DNA of 30,091 nucleotides from positions 1 to 30,091 of the forward strand of contig JBGAGQ010000074.1 of NCBI GenBank assembly GCA_044226625.1, given 5' to 3'. The notes under the pieces are model-generated. The model did no database searches. It was given only the letters and a program-made list of their open reading frames with translations, and was not told the origin of the DNA. This DNA comes from Thermoanaerobaculia bacterium. Lineage in GTDB: Bacteria > Acidobacteriota > Thermoanaerobaculia > Multivoradales > UBA5704. The position numbers and the translations under genes were made by a program. Shown piece after piece: positions 1-8,984 of this stretch; the stretch's first letter is position 1, and every line of letters starts with the position of its first letter.

Positions 1-3000
1 GCCGCTCGCGCCGAAACGCGGCGCCGGCAGCGACTTACGGTCGACCTTGCCGTTCGCGCTCCGCGGCAGCTTGGGCAACGGCACGAACGCGCTCGGGACC
101 ATGTAGCTCGGCAGCTTCGCCCCGAGCCGCGCCGAGAGCGACGCGGCGAAATCGCCCGCGAGCTTCTCGGCCGGAGCGACGTAGGCGACCAGCCGGCCGT
201 CGGCCGCCACCACCACGCATTCCTCGACCTCCGGCTGCTCGAGCAAAGCCGCCTCGACCTCCCCGAGCTCGACGCGGAAGCCGCGCACCTTCACCTGGTG
301 ATCGACGCGGCCGAGGAAATCGATCTCGCCGTCGGCGCGATAGCGCGCGAGGTCGCCGGTGCGGTAGAGCCGCGCGCCCGCCTCCCCCGCCTCGGCGAAC
401 GGATCCGGGACGAACCGCTCCGCCGTCGTCGCCGGGCGATCGAGATAGCCGCGGGCGAGCCCAGTGCCCCCGAGCAGCAGCTCGCCCGGGACGCCGCGCG
501 GCGTGGTCCGCCCCGACCGGTCGAGCAGGTAGAGGCGGGTCCCGTCGATCGGCCGCCCGATCGATGGCCGCGGCTCGCCGCGCGGGATCGCCGCGCCGGT
601 CGAATAGGTCGTGTCCTCCGACGGCCCGTAGCAGTTCCAGACCGTCAGCTCCGGGCGCGCGCGGACCGGCCCGAACGCCGGGTCGGCCATCCGGTAGATC
701 TTCTCGACCAGATCGCCGGGCAGCGGCTCGCCCGCGAGGACCACGGCGCGCAACGACGGGAAGGGAACCGGAAGCGGCGCGAGCACCGCCATCGCCGAAG
801 GGACCGTATTGATCAGCGAGATCTCGGAACGCGCCGGATGCGCCGGCAGATCGAGCGCGTTGCCCGCGAGGATCACTTTGCCGCCCCAGGCCAGCGGCAC
901 GAACAGCTCGAACACCGAGAGGTCGAAGCAGATCGAGGTGACCGCGGCGACCGCGGCGAGATCCCGCTCAGAGAAGGTCCGCCTCGCCCAGTACGCGAGC
1001 TCGACCGCGCTGCGGTGCTCGATCGCGACCGCCTTCGGCACGCCGGTCGAGCCGGAGGTGTAGATCAGGTACGCGAGGTTGCCGGTTACCGCCCGAACGG
1101 CCGAGCCCGACGCGGCCTCGATACCTGCCGGAACGGGCCGGTCGAGCCGAATCGTCTCGGTCACCGATTCCGGCAGAGGGTCGGGAAGCGCTCCGAGACA
1201 CGAAGCCTCGGTGAGCAGCAGCTTCGCACCCGAATCCCCGAGCATCAGCGCGAGCCGCGCCTTGGGATAGGTCGGATCGAGCGGCACGTAGGCCGAGCCC
1301 GAGCGCAGGACCGCGAGCAGGGCCACGACCAGGTTGGGGGTCCGGTCGAGGCAGACGGCGATCCGTACCTCCGCCCCGGCGCCGCGCTCCACGAGCCGGG
1401 CGGCGAGGTCGGACACCCGGCGCCCTAGCTCGCGGTAACTGAGTCGCTCCGTCGAGAAGACCAGCGCTTCGGCGTCCGGCGTTCGCTCCGCCTGGGCGAA
1501 GAAGAGGTCGGAGAGGAGCGGTCGTCCGTCCTCGGCGTCGGGTCCTCCCCAGCCGAGAGCGTTCCATTCGAGGTGGATCTGATGGCGCTCGGCTCGCGAG
1601 AGGGGCGAAAGATCGGCGAGCGGTGCCTCGGGAAAGGAGGACGCCGCTTCGAGCCGACGGGCGATCCGGTCGAGCAGGCGCGCCGCCGTCGTCCGATCGA
1701 AAAGGTCGGCGCTCGCTTCGAGGGCGAGGACGAGCCCGCGCTCCCCGGGCGCCGAGCGCAGGGTGAGGTCGAACGTCGATCGCCGTCCGGGGAGCGCGAC
1801 GGAGGTGAGGGCGAGCCCGCCGAGCGTGAGCCGCGCCCCGGGAACCCCCGCCGCGAGCCGCGCGAGCGCGGCACCCGCCTGATCGTCTCCGCCCCGCGCC
1901 GTGTGATGGACGAACATCGCCTGGAAGAAGGGCGGACGCGCCGCGTCGCGCGAGGGCAGCAGGTCGGCGGCCAGGAGCGGAAACGGATCGTCGGCGTGCT
2001 CGAGGGCGGGGAGCAGCTCCTCGCGGGTCCGCTCAAGCAGGTCGCGGAACGTGGCCACACCGGCGGCCCCGGCGGCGCGCTCGCGCACGACGACCGGGTT
2101 GACGAAATAGCCGACCGTCTCCGCGAACCTCGGGCGCGCGCGGCCGGCGGTGGGTACCCCGACCGCGAACCCCTGCTGGCCCGAGGTGGCGGCCAGCTCG
2201 GCGAAGAACCCGGCGAGGAGCGCCACTTGAAGCGTCCCCCCGGCGCGGCGCGCCAACCCTTCCAACCGCTCGACGGCCTCGGGCGCCAGGGCGCCCAGAG
2301 CCGCCACGGCGCGGTAGCCGGGAGCCGCAGGGCGCGGCCGGTCGGTGGGAAGGTCGAGATCCTCGACTCCCGCACCTGCCGCTCCGAGCCGCTCGCGCCA
2401 GAACGCGCGCAGGCGCGTTCCCGTTGGACCGGCCAGGCGCGAGCGCTGCCAGGTGATCCACTCCGCGTAGGCCGCTCCAGGGCGCGGGGGCAGCGAGACT
2501 AGGTTTTCGCCCGACAGGAGGGCCGCGAGATCGCGCGCGAGCGTCCCAAGCGAGCCGAAGTCGACTACCGTGTGATGGACGACCACCAACAAGAGGTCCG
2601 GACCCTCCCCGCGAACGACCCGGGCTCTCAGCAGCGGTCCGCGCGAGAGGTCGAAAGGCCGATTCGCCTCGACCGCCAGAGCGGCGAGTGCCTGCTCCAC
2701 CGTGCGACCGACGTGCTCTTCGAAAACGAAATCCAGGTCGGCGAGCCGATCGGGCGCGGCGATTCTCTGGCGCGGCCGGCCCTCCTCGACGCTCAGGCGC
2801 AGCCGAAGCGCGTCGTGGCGCGCGGCGAGCGAGGCGAGGGACGCGGCGAGACGCTCGACCCAGCCGTCCGAAGCCCCGGCCTCGACCCGAAACGCCACCG
2901 CCAGGTTGTAGGCCCCCGGGGCCAGGCGCTCCTCGATCCAGAGCCCTTCCTGGCCGAACGAGAGCGGCAGAAATTCGTCCGCGAAAGCTTCGACGGGCGA

Positions 3001-5169
3001 CTCAGCCGCCGGGAGCGAGCCCGTCTCGAGATCCGCCGAGATCAACCGCGCCAGGTCGCCGAGCGTCGCCCCTTCGAACAAGGTGGCGAGCGGCACCGCT
3101 ACGCCGAGCCGCTCCTCGACCGCGGAGCGCAGCTCTAGGGCCGCGAGCGAATCGAGGCCGTACCCAGAGAGCGGCGCGTCGGCGTCGACCCGCGAGGTGG
3201 CGACCCCCAGCGCGCGCGCCGCCCACGAGGTCAACAGCCCGACCAACGCCCGGCGTCGCGCCCCTTCGGGTAGGAGCGCGAGATCGTGGCGCGAGGGCTC
3301 GGCCGCGGCCGGCTCCCCGCCCTCCTCCCCCTCCTCGCCCTCCCGCCACGGATCGACCACGCTCCGCGCGACGACCGCAAGCGTCCCTTCGAGGTAAGCC
3401 GCGCGGCAGGCACCACGCTGCACCTTGCCCGACGAGGTCTTCGGCACGCCGCCGACCTTGACCAGTACCAGGTCGGCCACCTGCGCCTCGTGCTCGCGGG
3501 CGATCGCCACCCGCACCGCGATCGCGATCTCCTCGTGGACCTGAGGCCCCGCGCGCCGATCTACCTCGTAGACCAGGACCAGCCGCTCGGCCTCGTCCCC
3601 CTCGGCGTTCTCCCCATCCGCGCCGACCGAGAACGCCGCGCCCGCGCCGGCCCGCAGCGCGGGGTGCGACGCCTCGGCGGTCGCCTCGAGGTCCTGGGGA
3701 TAGAGGTTCCGGCCGCGCAGGATGATCAAGTCCTTGATCCGGCCCGCGACGAACAGCTCGCCGCCCGAGAGGAAACCGAGGTCTCCGGTCCGGAGATAGG
3801 GCCCTACGCCGTCAGAGGTGGTGGCGGCGAAGGTCTCGGCGCTCGCCTCGGGCCTCGCCCAGTACCCGGCACCGACGTTTGGACCGCCGAGCCAGATCTC
3901 GCCGACCCGTCCGTCGGGCAGCTCGGTCCGGGTTTCCGGATCGACGATCCGCAGGCGCTCGTCGAGCCAGGGCTCGCCACACGAGACCAGCTCGGAGGCC
4001 GTGCCCGTGCCGGCGGCCGCCGCCCGTCCGTACCGCAGCTCCTCGGCGTCGAAGGCGGCCGCGCGCGCACCCGCCCCGGGCGCTCCTCCGGCGGCGAACA
4101 ACGTGGCCTCGGCGAGCCCGTAGCAGGGATAGAACGCCTCGGGGGCAAAACCGCTTTCGGCGAAAGCCTCGGCGAAGCGATCGAGGGTTCCCTTGCGCAC
4201 CGGCTCGGCGCCGTTGTAGGCGACCCGCCAGCTCGACAGATCGAGCCGCGCGCGATCCTCGGGCGCGATCTTGCGCACGCACAGCTCGTACGCGAAGTTC
4301 GGGCCTCCGCTGGTCGTCGCCCCGTGTTCGCTGATCGCGGCGAGCCAGCGCAGCGGCTTCTGCAGGAACGCGACAGGGGACATCAGCACGCAGCGGCCGC
4401 CGGAAAACAGCGGCTGGAGCACGTTTCCGATCAGCCCCATGTCGTGGTAGAGCGGCAGCCACCCGACCACCACCGAGCGCTCGTCCTGTCGGAATGCCGC
4501 GGCGATCATCCGCTCGTTCGCGATCAAGTTGCCGTGGGTGACCATCACCCCCTTGGGCAGCGAGGTCGAGCCCGAGGTGTACTGGAGGAATGCGAGATCG
4601 TCCGGGCGGATGCGCGGCTCCCGCCAGGATTCGGCGAGATCGGACGACGGCGAGCCAATCCTCGCAAGCTCCGGATCGGTAGAGTCCGCGTCCAGCATGA
4701 CCCAGCGCGCCGCGGCAAGCTCGGGCACGTCCTCGAGCAGCGCCGGAATCCGGGGCGATAGCACGCCCTGCGCGAGAACCACCTCCGGCCGAGCGTCTCG
4801 GACGATCGCGCGCAGCCGGTCTTGCCCGCGGTTCGGCCGGGGCGGATACGAGGGGACGGCCACCACCCCCGCATAAAGGCAGCCGAAAAACGCGGCGATG
4901 AAGTCGAGCCCGGCTGGGAACAATAGAAGCGCACGGTCGCCCGGGTGGGCGATCTCGCTCAAGCGAACGGCGATCTCACGCGCCTGCCGATCGAGCTCGC
5001 TCCAGGACACACTCCCGCCGGCCGCCTCTCCATCGTCGAGAAACGTGTAGGCAGGAGCCTTACTCGGCCGGCGCGCGCGCTCGCGCAGAACCTCGACCAA
5101 GTGATTCGCCCGAGATGCGTCCAGCGCCCCCGAGAGCGCCTCCGCGTCCGGGAACCATCGTGAAGCCAA
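1..5169 (-). CDS. Lipopeptide NRPS, N-terminal part: fatty acyl-AMP ligase (FAAL) - ACP - condensation - adenylation; continues beyond the left edge
   Basis: Manual translation of the minus frame (codon starts at positions divisible by 3). FAAL motifs LVEVLRERA..AYTFL, LQYTSGSTSLPKGV, GWLPLYHDMGLIG, PKTSSGKVQR (~3390-5100). ACP motif YGLDSL (~3150). C domain HHTVVDFGS (~2550-2577). A domain SYREL, YLIYTSGSTGVPK, FDLSVFE, NCYGPSEDTTYS, NGKVDRKSL (~20-1520). All checked motifs share one frame and no track ORF uses it, consistent with one ORF open to base 1. Start uncertain: TTG 5169 after GGAGAG, or TTG 5220. Confidence 0.95.
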   Translation of the reverse strand, partial: MASRWFPDAEALSGALDASRANHLVEVLRERARRPSKAPAYTFLDDGEAAGGSVSWSELDRQAREIAVRLSEIAHPGDRALLLFPAGLDFIAAFFGCLYAGVVAVPSYPPRPNRGQDRLRAIVRDARPEVVLAQGVLSPRIPALLEDVPELAAARWVMLDADSTDPELARIGSPSSDLAESWREPRIRPDDLAFLQYTSGSTSLPKGVMVTHGNLIANERMIAAAFRQDERSVVVGWLPLYHDMGLIGNVLQPLFSGGRCVLMSPVAFLQKPLRWLAAISEHGATTSGGPNFAYELCVRKIAPEDRARLDLSSWRVAYNGAEPVRKGTLDRFAEAFAESGFAPEAFYPCYGLAEATLFAAGGAPGAGARAAAFDAEELRYGRAAAAGTGTASELVSCGEPWLDERLRIVDPETRTELPDGRVGEIWLGGPNVGAGYWARPEASAETFAATTSDGVGPYLRTGDLGFLSGGELFVAGRIKDLIILRGRNLYPQDLEATAEASHPALRAGAGAAFSVGADGENAEGDEAERLVLVYEVDRRAGPQVHEEIAIAVRVAIAREHEAQVADLVLVKVGGVPKTSSGKVQRGACRAAYLEGTLAVVARSVVDPWREGEEGEEGGEPAAAEPSRHDLALLPEGARRRALVGLLTSWAARALGVATSRVDADAPLSGYGLDSLAALELRSAVEERLGVAVPLATLFEGATLGDLARLISADLETGSLPAAESPVEAFADEFLPLSFGQEGLWIEERLAPGAYNLAVAFRVEAGASDGWVERLAASLASLAARHDALRLRLSVEEGRPRQRIAAPDRLADLDFVFEEHVGRTVEQALAALAVEANRPFDLSRGPLLRARVVRGEGPDLLLVVVHHTVVDFGSLGTLARDLAALLSGENLVSLPPRPGAAYAEWITWQRSRLAGPTGTRLRAFWRERLGAAGAGVEDLDLPTDRPRPAAPGYRAVAALGALAPEAVERLEGLARRAGGTLQVALLAGFFAELAATSGQQGFAVGVPTAGRARPRFAETVGYFVNPVVVRERAAGAAGVATFRDLLERTREELLPALEHADDPFPLLAADLLPSRDAARPPFFQAMFVHHTARGGDDQAGAALARLAAGVPGARLTLGGLALTSVALPGRRSTFDLTLRSAPGERGLVLALEASADLFDRTTAARLLDRIARRLEAASSFPEAPLADLSPLSRAERHQIHLEWNALGWGGPDAEDGRPLLSDLFFAQAERTPDAEALVFSTERLSYRELGRRVSDLAARLVERGAGAEVRIAVCLDRTPNLVVALLAVLRSGSAYVPLDPTYPKARLALMLGDSGAKLLLTEASCLGALPDPLPESVTETIRLDRPVPAGIEAASGSAVRAVTGNLAYLIYTSGSTGVPKAVAIEHRSAVELAYWARRTFSERDLAAVAAVTSICFDLSVFELFVPLAWGGKVILAGNALDLPAHPARSEISLINTVPSAMAVLAPLPVPFPSLRAVVLAGEPLPGDLVEKIYRMADPAFGPVRARPELTVWNCYGPSEDTTYSTGAAIPRGEPRPSIGRPIDGTRLYLLDRSGRTTPRGVPGELLLGGTGLARGYLDRPATTAERFVPDPFAEAGEAGARLYRTGDLARYRADGEIDFLGRVDHQVKVRGFRVELGEVEAALLEQPEVEECVVVAADGRLVAYVAPAEKLAGDFAASLSARLGAKLPSYMVPSAFVPLPKLPRSANGKVDRKSLPAPRFGASG

Positions 5170-5255
5170 ATTCCACTCTCCCCGACCCGGAGGTGCTGGG
5201 ACCTCGGCAAATGGGGACAATGCGAACGGGCGAAACCGCGCGACGGCGGGAGCCC

Positions 5256-5290
5256 AAAAAGGAACGAGGCCCGGTCGGGCCTCGTTCCTT
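5256..5290 (-). terminator. Rho-independent terminator downstream of the IPTL-CTERM gene
   Basis: Perfect 14-bp inverted repeat AAGGAACGAGGCCC-ggtc-GGGCCTCGTTCCTT (5259-5290) ending in a T5 run on the minus strand (5260-5256). Confidence 0.8.
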
Positions 5291-5318
5291 CGGCAAGCTT
5301 TGCTGACCTCGTGGGGAT

Positions 5319-5347
5319 CCGGCGACGCCTAGGTTCGGCGTCGCCGG
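5319..5347. other. GC-rich stem-loop just after the stop of the IPTL-CTERM gene
   Basis: CCGGCGACGCC-taggttc-GGCGTCGCCGG, perfect 11-bp stem with no T tract. Confidence 0.55.
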
Positions 5348-5365
5348 TCCAGGGGCCTAAGGGCG

Positions 5366-8300
5366 CTACGCGAGCCGCCTCCGCCGCAGCATCACGATCA
5401 GCGCCGCGGCCGCGAGCAACGTGGCCAGGCCTCCGAATCCGAGACCGGAGAGGGTCGGGATGTCGACCACGGAACCGGTCACCGAAAGCGGGAAGGTGCA
5501 GGTCGTGGCGGTCGTCGTGCCGTCGTCGAACGTGCAGGTCACGTTGGTGGTCCCGGTCGGGAAGATCGAGCCCGGCGGCGGAGTGCAGACGCCCGAGACC
5601 GTACCTGCGCAGTTGTCGGTGCTCGTCGGCGGGGTGAAGTTGACCGGCGAGCTTCCCGTGCCGGTGGCGTTGATCGCCGGGCAGGTCCCCGCCGTCACCG
5701 TCGGCGGCTCGACGTCGTTCACCGTCACCGTGAAGCCGCAGGACGCGCCTCCGGAATCGGAGCATGTGACGTTCGAGGTCCCGACGTTGAAGATCGAACC
5801 CGACGGGTTCACGCAGGTGACCGTGCCGCAAGCCCCCGCCGTCGTCGGCGCCGGGTACGAGACGGTCGCGTTGCACTGCCCCGGCGCGTTCGCCATGGTG
5901 ACGTTGGCCGGGCAGGTCAGGGTGCAGCCCACGATGCAGGAGGTCGAGCAGACCCTGCCCGTGGTCTCGATGACCAGGGAGAAACGACGGAGGCTGCCGG
6001 TATCGCCTCCCGCACCGTCGCTCACCGTGAGCGTCCAGGTGCCGTTCGGCGCGGTGACGGTGTCGAAGCCCGATAGCGGGTTGTTCGGCGAGAAGTTGCC
6101 CGTCACCGGATTGAGCACCGTGTTCTCGATCGGCGGGAAACCTCCCTCGTCGTCGATCGTCACGGCGCAGAAGTTCTCGGCGTTCAAGCCGAACGTCGAG
6201 GCCGGGACGCCGATCCGATCGATCACCGTCACCGTCTGGCCGGTCGGCGCGCCGATCGTCGCCACGATGTCGCCCACCCAGGTGTGATCGAGGCCGGCGT
6301 TGGTGTTGCCGACCGCGTTGGTGCAGGCGCCGCCCGTGTCGAACGTGAAGTTGACATCGGTCACCTGGCTGCCCGCCGCAATGCCGGAAACCGGCAGGTT
6401 CACGGTGATCCCCGGCGCGTTGTCAGGGATCGCGACCGCCGGACCGGTGTAGCTGAAGGTGTTGGTGACCACCGGCCCGGTGAGCGTTCCAGTGATCAGG
6501 TCGTACGTGACGTTGCCCAGGTTGGTCGCGCCATCCTGGACCTGAACGGTCGCGGTGACCGTGCCGCCGCAGGCGAGCCCCGGGTCGACCGTGAAGGTGA
6601 AGTTACGGCACACCGCGGGCCCGCCGGAGACGAGCGCGCCATAGTTCTGCGCCGCGCTCGGGCTCATCACGCCGCCGGACGCCTGGAGCGTTCCGACCGT
6701 CGCCGCGGTCGTGTCCGCCGTCCCGCTGTTCATGATGCACAGGCTCATCGTGACGGTCTCGCCCGGATCGAGCACCGAGTTGGCGGGGGTGCACGATTCG
6801 GTCGAGATGGTCGCCGCGCCAGCGGAGACCGCCGGCACGCCGGTCAGGCAGACGTTCACCGTCGTGGTGCCGGCGTTGGTGACCACCGCGGGCGCGGTAG
6901 AGCCGGCGCCCGAGAGGTAGCCGGTCTTCGCCGACGTCACGGTGTAGGTGCCGGGTCCCGCCATGAAGTTGGTGACCAGGGCGCCCGAGACGGTCGTCGA
7001 GTTGACGAAGCCGCCGGTCATCGCAACCGTCGCTCCCGAGATCGGCGCTCCCGTGCCGCAGTTCGTGACGTTGACCGCGACCGTCCCCTTCTGCGGCGCC
7101 ACGCACGACGGATAGACGAACTTGCCGATGCGCGTCCGCCAGTTGGCGCCCGAGGTCGCCGAGTAGTACTCCTGGGTGTACCAGAACGTGCAGTCGTCGA
7201 GCGGGTCGACCGACATCGCGCTGTAGTCGCCCCAACGGTTGGAGGTCGAAGTTTGCGAGCCCGCGGCGGCGAACATCACCGTCTCGCCCTGGACCAGCGA
7301 GCCGGGCGCGTCGGAGGCGAGCCGGCCGGCGATCATGATGTCGGCGCGGAGCGTCGTGCTCGCGCGGGAGAAGCCGACCGCGAGGTTGCCCTGGTTGTCG
7401 AGCGCCGCCGAGGCCATCCAGCGATTGCTCCCCGTGGCGCCGTTGCCCGCGTCGGGGGCGTGGGTTCCCTGGTCGAGCACGGTCGGCAGCGCCGTCCCCG
7501 CGCTCTGGAGGATGAACCAACGGGGGGCGATCTGGTACGTCGCCGCGGTGGTCGGGTTGACGCCGCTCACGTTGACCCCGAAGTTTCCGGTCCAGCGATT
7601 TTGCGGCGCGGCGAGAGTGCCGACGTTGCGGTACTGGAGCCGGTGCAGCAGCCGGTCGGAGAGCGAGTCGAGGTTCGCGCCGCCCGACTGTTCGACGTCG
7701 CCACGGCCGGTCGGCTGGCGGGCGTCGAACGCCGCGAGCGCAACGTCGGGCCGAACGGTAAGGGTCGAGGAGGCCGGCGTCACGAAGTTCGGCACGAACT
7801 CATAGATCCGGATCGCGTCGAGCGGATCGCCGAACTCGTCGGCCCGATACTCCATGACCAGTTGGTTCAGTCCCGGCGGCGGCGGCACGACGCCGTCCGC
7901 GTCGCTGGGCAGTAGACCGCCGGCATTCGGATCGATCGGGAAGATGTCGAAATAGATGTACGAGGCAGTCGGGTCGCCCGCAACCATCTTGTTGCGGTCG
8001 AAGGCGAAGATGCCGCCGCCTTCGAACGCGGTCCCCGCCGTGTTGAACTGGTTGTCGGTCATGTAATACGCGTCCGACCAGACGCCGAAGTGCGGGTAGT
8101 CGTTGAGCTTGCCGTCTCCGTCCGTCGGCATGACGAAGTCGTACGCGTAGTAGGCGCCCAGCGGGTTGCCGGTTTGGGAGATCGCGATGCACTGCCGGGT
8201 GGGCTCGGTGCCGATCACGAACTGAGAGATCATCCAGCGGTCGGCGAACGAGTCGTACAGCACGATCGGGTCGCCGTCGTCGTTCGCGGCGCAGGGGTCG

Positions 8301-8713
8301 CCCGCCCCAAGGGACGAGAACAGGGTCGCCATCGAGACGGCCGGAGCGAGCAACGCGCCGGTCGTCTTGTCGAACACGCCGACCGCCGTGATCGCGGTGG
8401 TCGAGGAGTTCGTGCTTTGGACGTAATGGTTCGGGCCCACGTCGCCCACCGTGTCCGGCGGGAGGATTCCGCTCGTGCTGTTGATGCCGTCGAAAGTGAG
8501 CGACGGCGCCGGGATCACCCGCAGGAAGGCCGAGGCCTTCGAGCTCGGTACGGTGGGATCGAGGAACAGCGGGCTAGATCCGGCACCGAGACCGGCGACG
8601 ATCCGCTTGATCACCTCGCCGTTCTGTTCGTTGATTTCCTCTTCCTCCCCCCGCGGCTCGCCGTCCTTGTCGACGCGGAGGCTGACCACGGGCAGGCGGG
8701 CGAGCTCGCTCAA
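5366..8713 (-). CDS. Large multidomain surface protein with IPTL-CTERM sorting signal (N-terminal beta-rich domain, Ig-like domains, proprotein convertase P domain, two HYR-like domains); 5' end appears disrupted
   Basis: 1115-aa ORF rich in T/G/S/N. P-domain motifs AIPDN..HTWVGDI..NGTWTLTVSDGAGGDTGSL. HYR-like CPANVT..GSIFNVGTSNVTC and GSIFPTGTTNVTC. C-terminus DIPTLSGLG, then a hydrophobic helix and RRRR. No signal peptide in this frame. Confidence 0.85.
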   Translation of the reverse strand: MSELARLPVVSLRVDKDGEPRGEEEEINEQNGEVIKRIVAGLGAGSSPLFLDPTVPSSKASAFLRVIPAPSLTFDGINSTSGILPPDTVGDVGPNHYVQSTNSSTTAITAVGVFDKTTGALLAPAVSMATLFSSLGAGDPCAANDDGDPIVLYDSFADRWMISQFVIGTEPTRQCIAISQTGNPLGAYYAYDFVMPTDGDGKLNDYPHFGVWSDAYYMTDNQFNTAGTAFEGGGIFAFDRNKMVAGDPTASYIYFDIFPIDPNAGGLLPSDADGVVPPPPGLNQLVMEYRADEFGDPLDAIRIYEFVPNFVTPASSTLTVRPDVALAAFDARQPTGRGDVEQSGGANLDSLSDRLLHRLQYRNVGTLAAPQNRWTGNFGVNVSGVNPTTAATYQIAPRWFILQSAGTALPTVLDQGTHAPDAGNGATGSNRWMASAALDNQGNLAVGFSRASTTLRADIMIAGRLASDAPGSLVQGETVMFAAAGSQTSTSNRWGDYSAMSVDPLDDCTFWYTQEYYSATSGANWRTRIGKFVYPSCVAPQKGTVAVNVTNCGTGAPISGATVAMTGGFVNSTTVSGALVTNFMAGPGTYTVTSAKTGYLSGAGSTAPAVVTNAGTTTVNVCLTGVPAVSAGAATISTESCTPANSVLDPGETVTMSLCIMNSGTADTTAATVGTLQASGGVMSPSAAQNYGALVSGGPAVCRNFTFTVDPGLACGGTVTATVQVQDGATNLGNVTYDLITGTLTGPVVTNTFSYTGPAVAIPDNAPGITVNLPVSGIAAGSQVTDVNFTFDTGGACTNAVGNTNAGLDHTWVGDIVATIGAPTGQTVTVIDRIGVPASTFGLNAENFCAVTIDDEGGFPPIENTVLNPVTGNFSPNNPLSGFDTVTAPNGTWTLTVSDGAGGDTGSLRRFSLVIETTGRVCSTSCIVGCTLTCPANVTMANAPGQCNATVSYPAPTTAGACGTVTCVNPSGSIFNVGTSNVTCSDSGGASCGFTVTVNDVEPPTVTAGTCPAINATGTGSSPVNFTPPTSTDNCAGTVSGVCTPPPGSIFPTGTTNVTCTFDDGTTTATTCTFPLSVTGSVVDIPTLSGLGFGGLATLLAAAALIVMLRRRRLA

Positions 8714-8806
8714 GGGAACGCGACGCGGAGGGTGGACATGGGCGGTCCTCGCCGAGAACGGGCTGCAACGGTCTGCCGGAATGGCAATACGATGATTTGA
8801 GAGGTA

Positions 8807-8834
8807 AGTATCACGTGGCTCGCGCCTGCGTCAA
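8807..8834 (-). promoter_or_regulatory. Putative sigma70 promoter for the IPTL-CTERM gene
   Basis: Minus strand TTGACG (8834-8829), 16 nt, GATACT (8812-8807), in a locally AT-richer segment upstream of an SD-ATG at 8739. Confidence 0.5.
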
Positions 8835-8984
8835 CTGAAACCGAAGCCGAGTACAGCGGGTCTCAGGCACATCCCCCTCGACCCGAGGCCTCCCACCGCT
8901 GGACTCTCCCGACGATGCGATTCCGTCCCGGGAATGATCGGTGATACCGCTCGGAAAGCCGATGAACCCTCCCGAGCCTGGATA

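Noticed and set aside
298-4761. Long plus-strand ORFs (298..1428, 1573..2502, 3286..4761) and short minus ORFs in other frames
   Set aside because: Shadow ORFs of the high-GC NRPS; Arg/Gly/Pro-rich with no motifs.
8831-8872. In-frame ATG (MCLRPAVLGFGFS) with TGA read-through or selenocysteine into the IPTL-CTERM ORF
   Set aside because: The read-through product gives no credible signal peptide, the TGA lies within the predicted -35 box, and a better SD-ATG exists at 8739.
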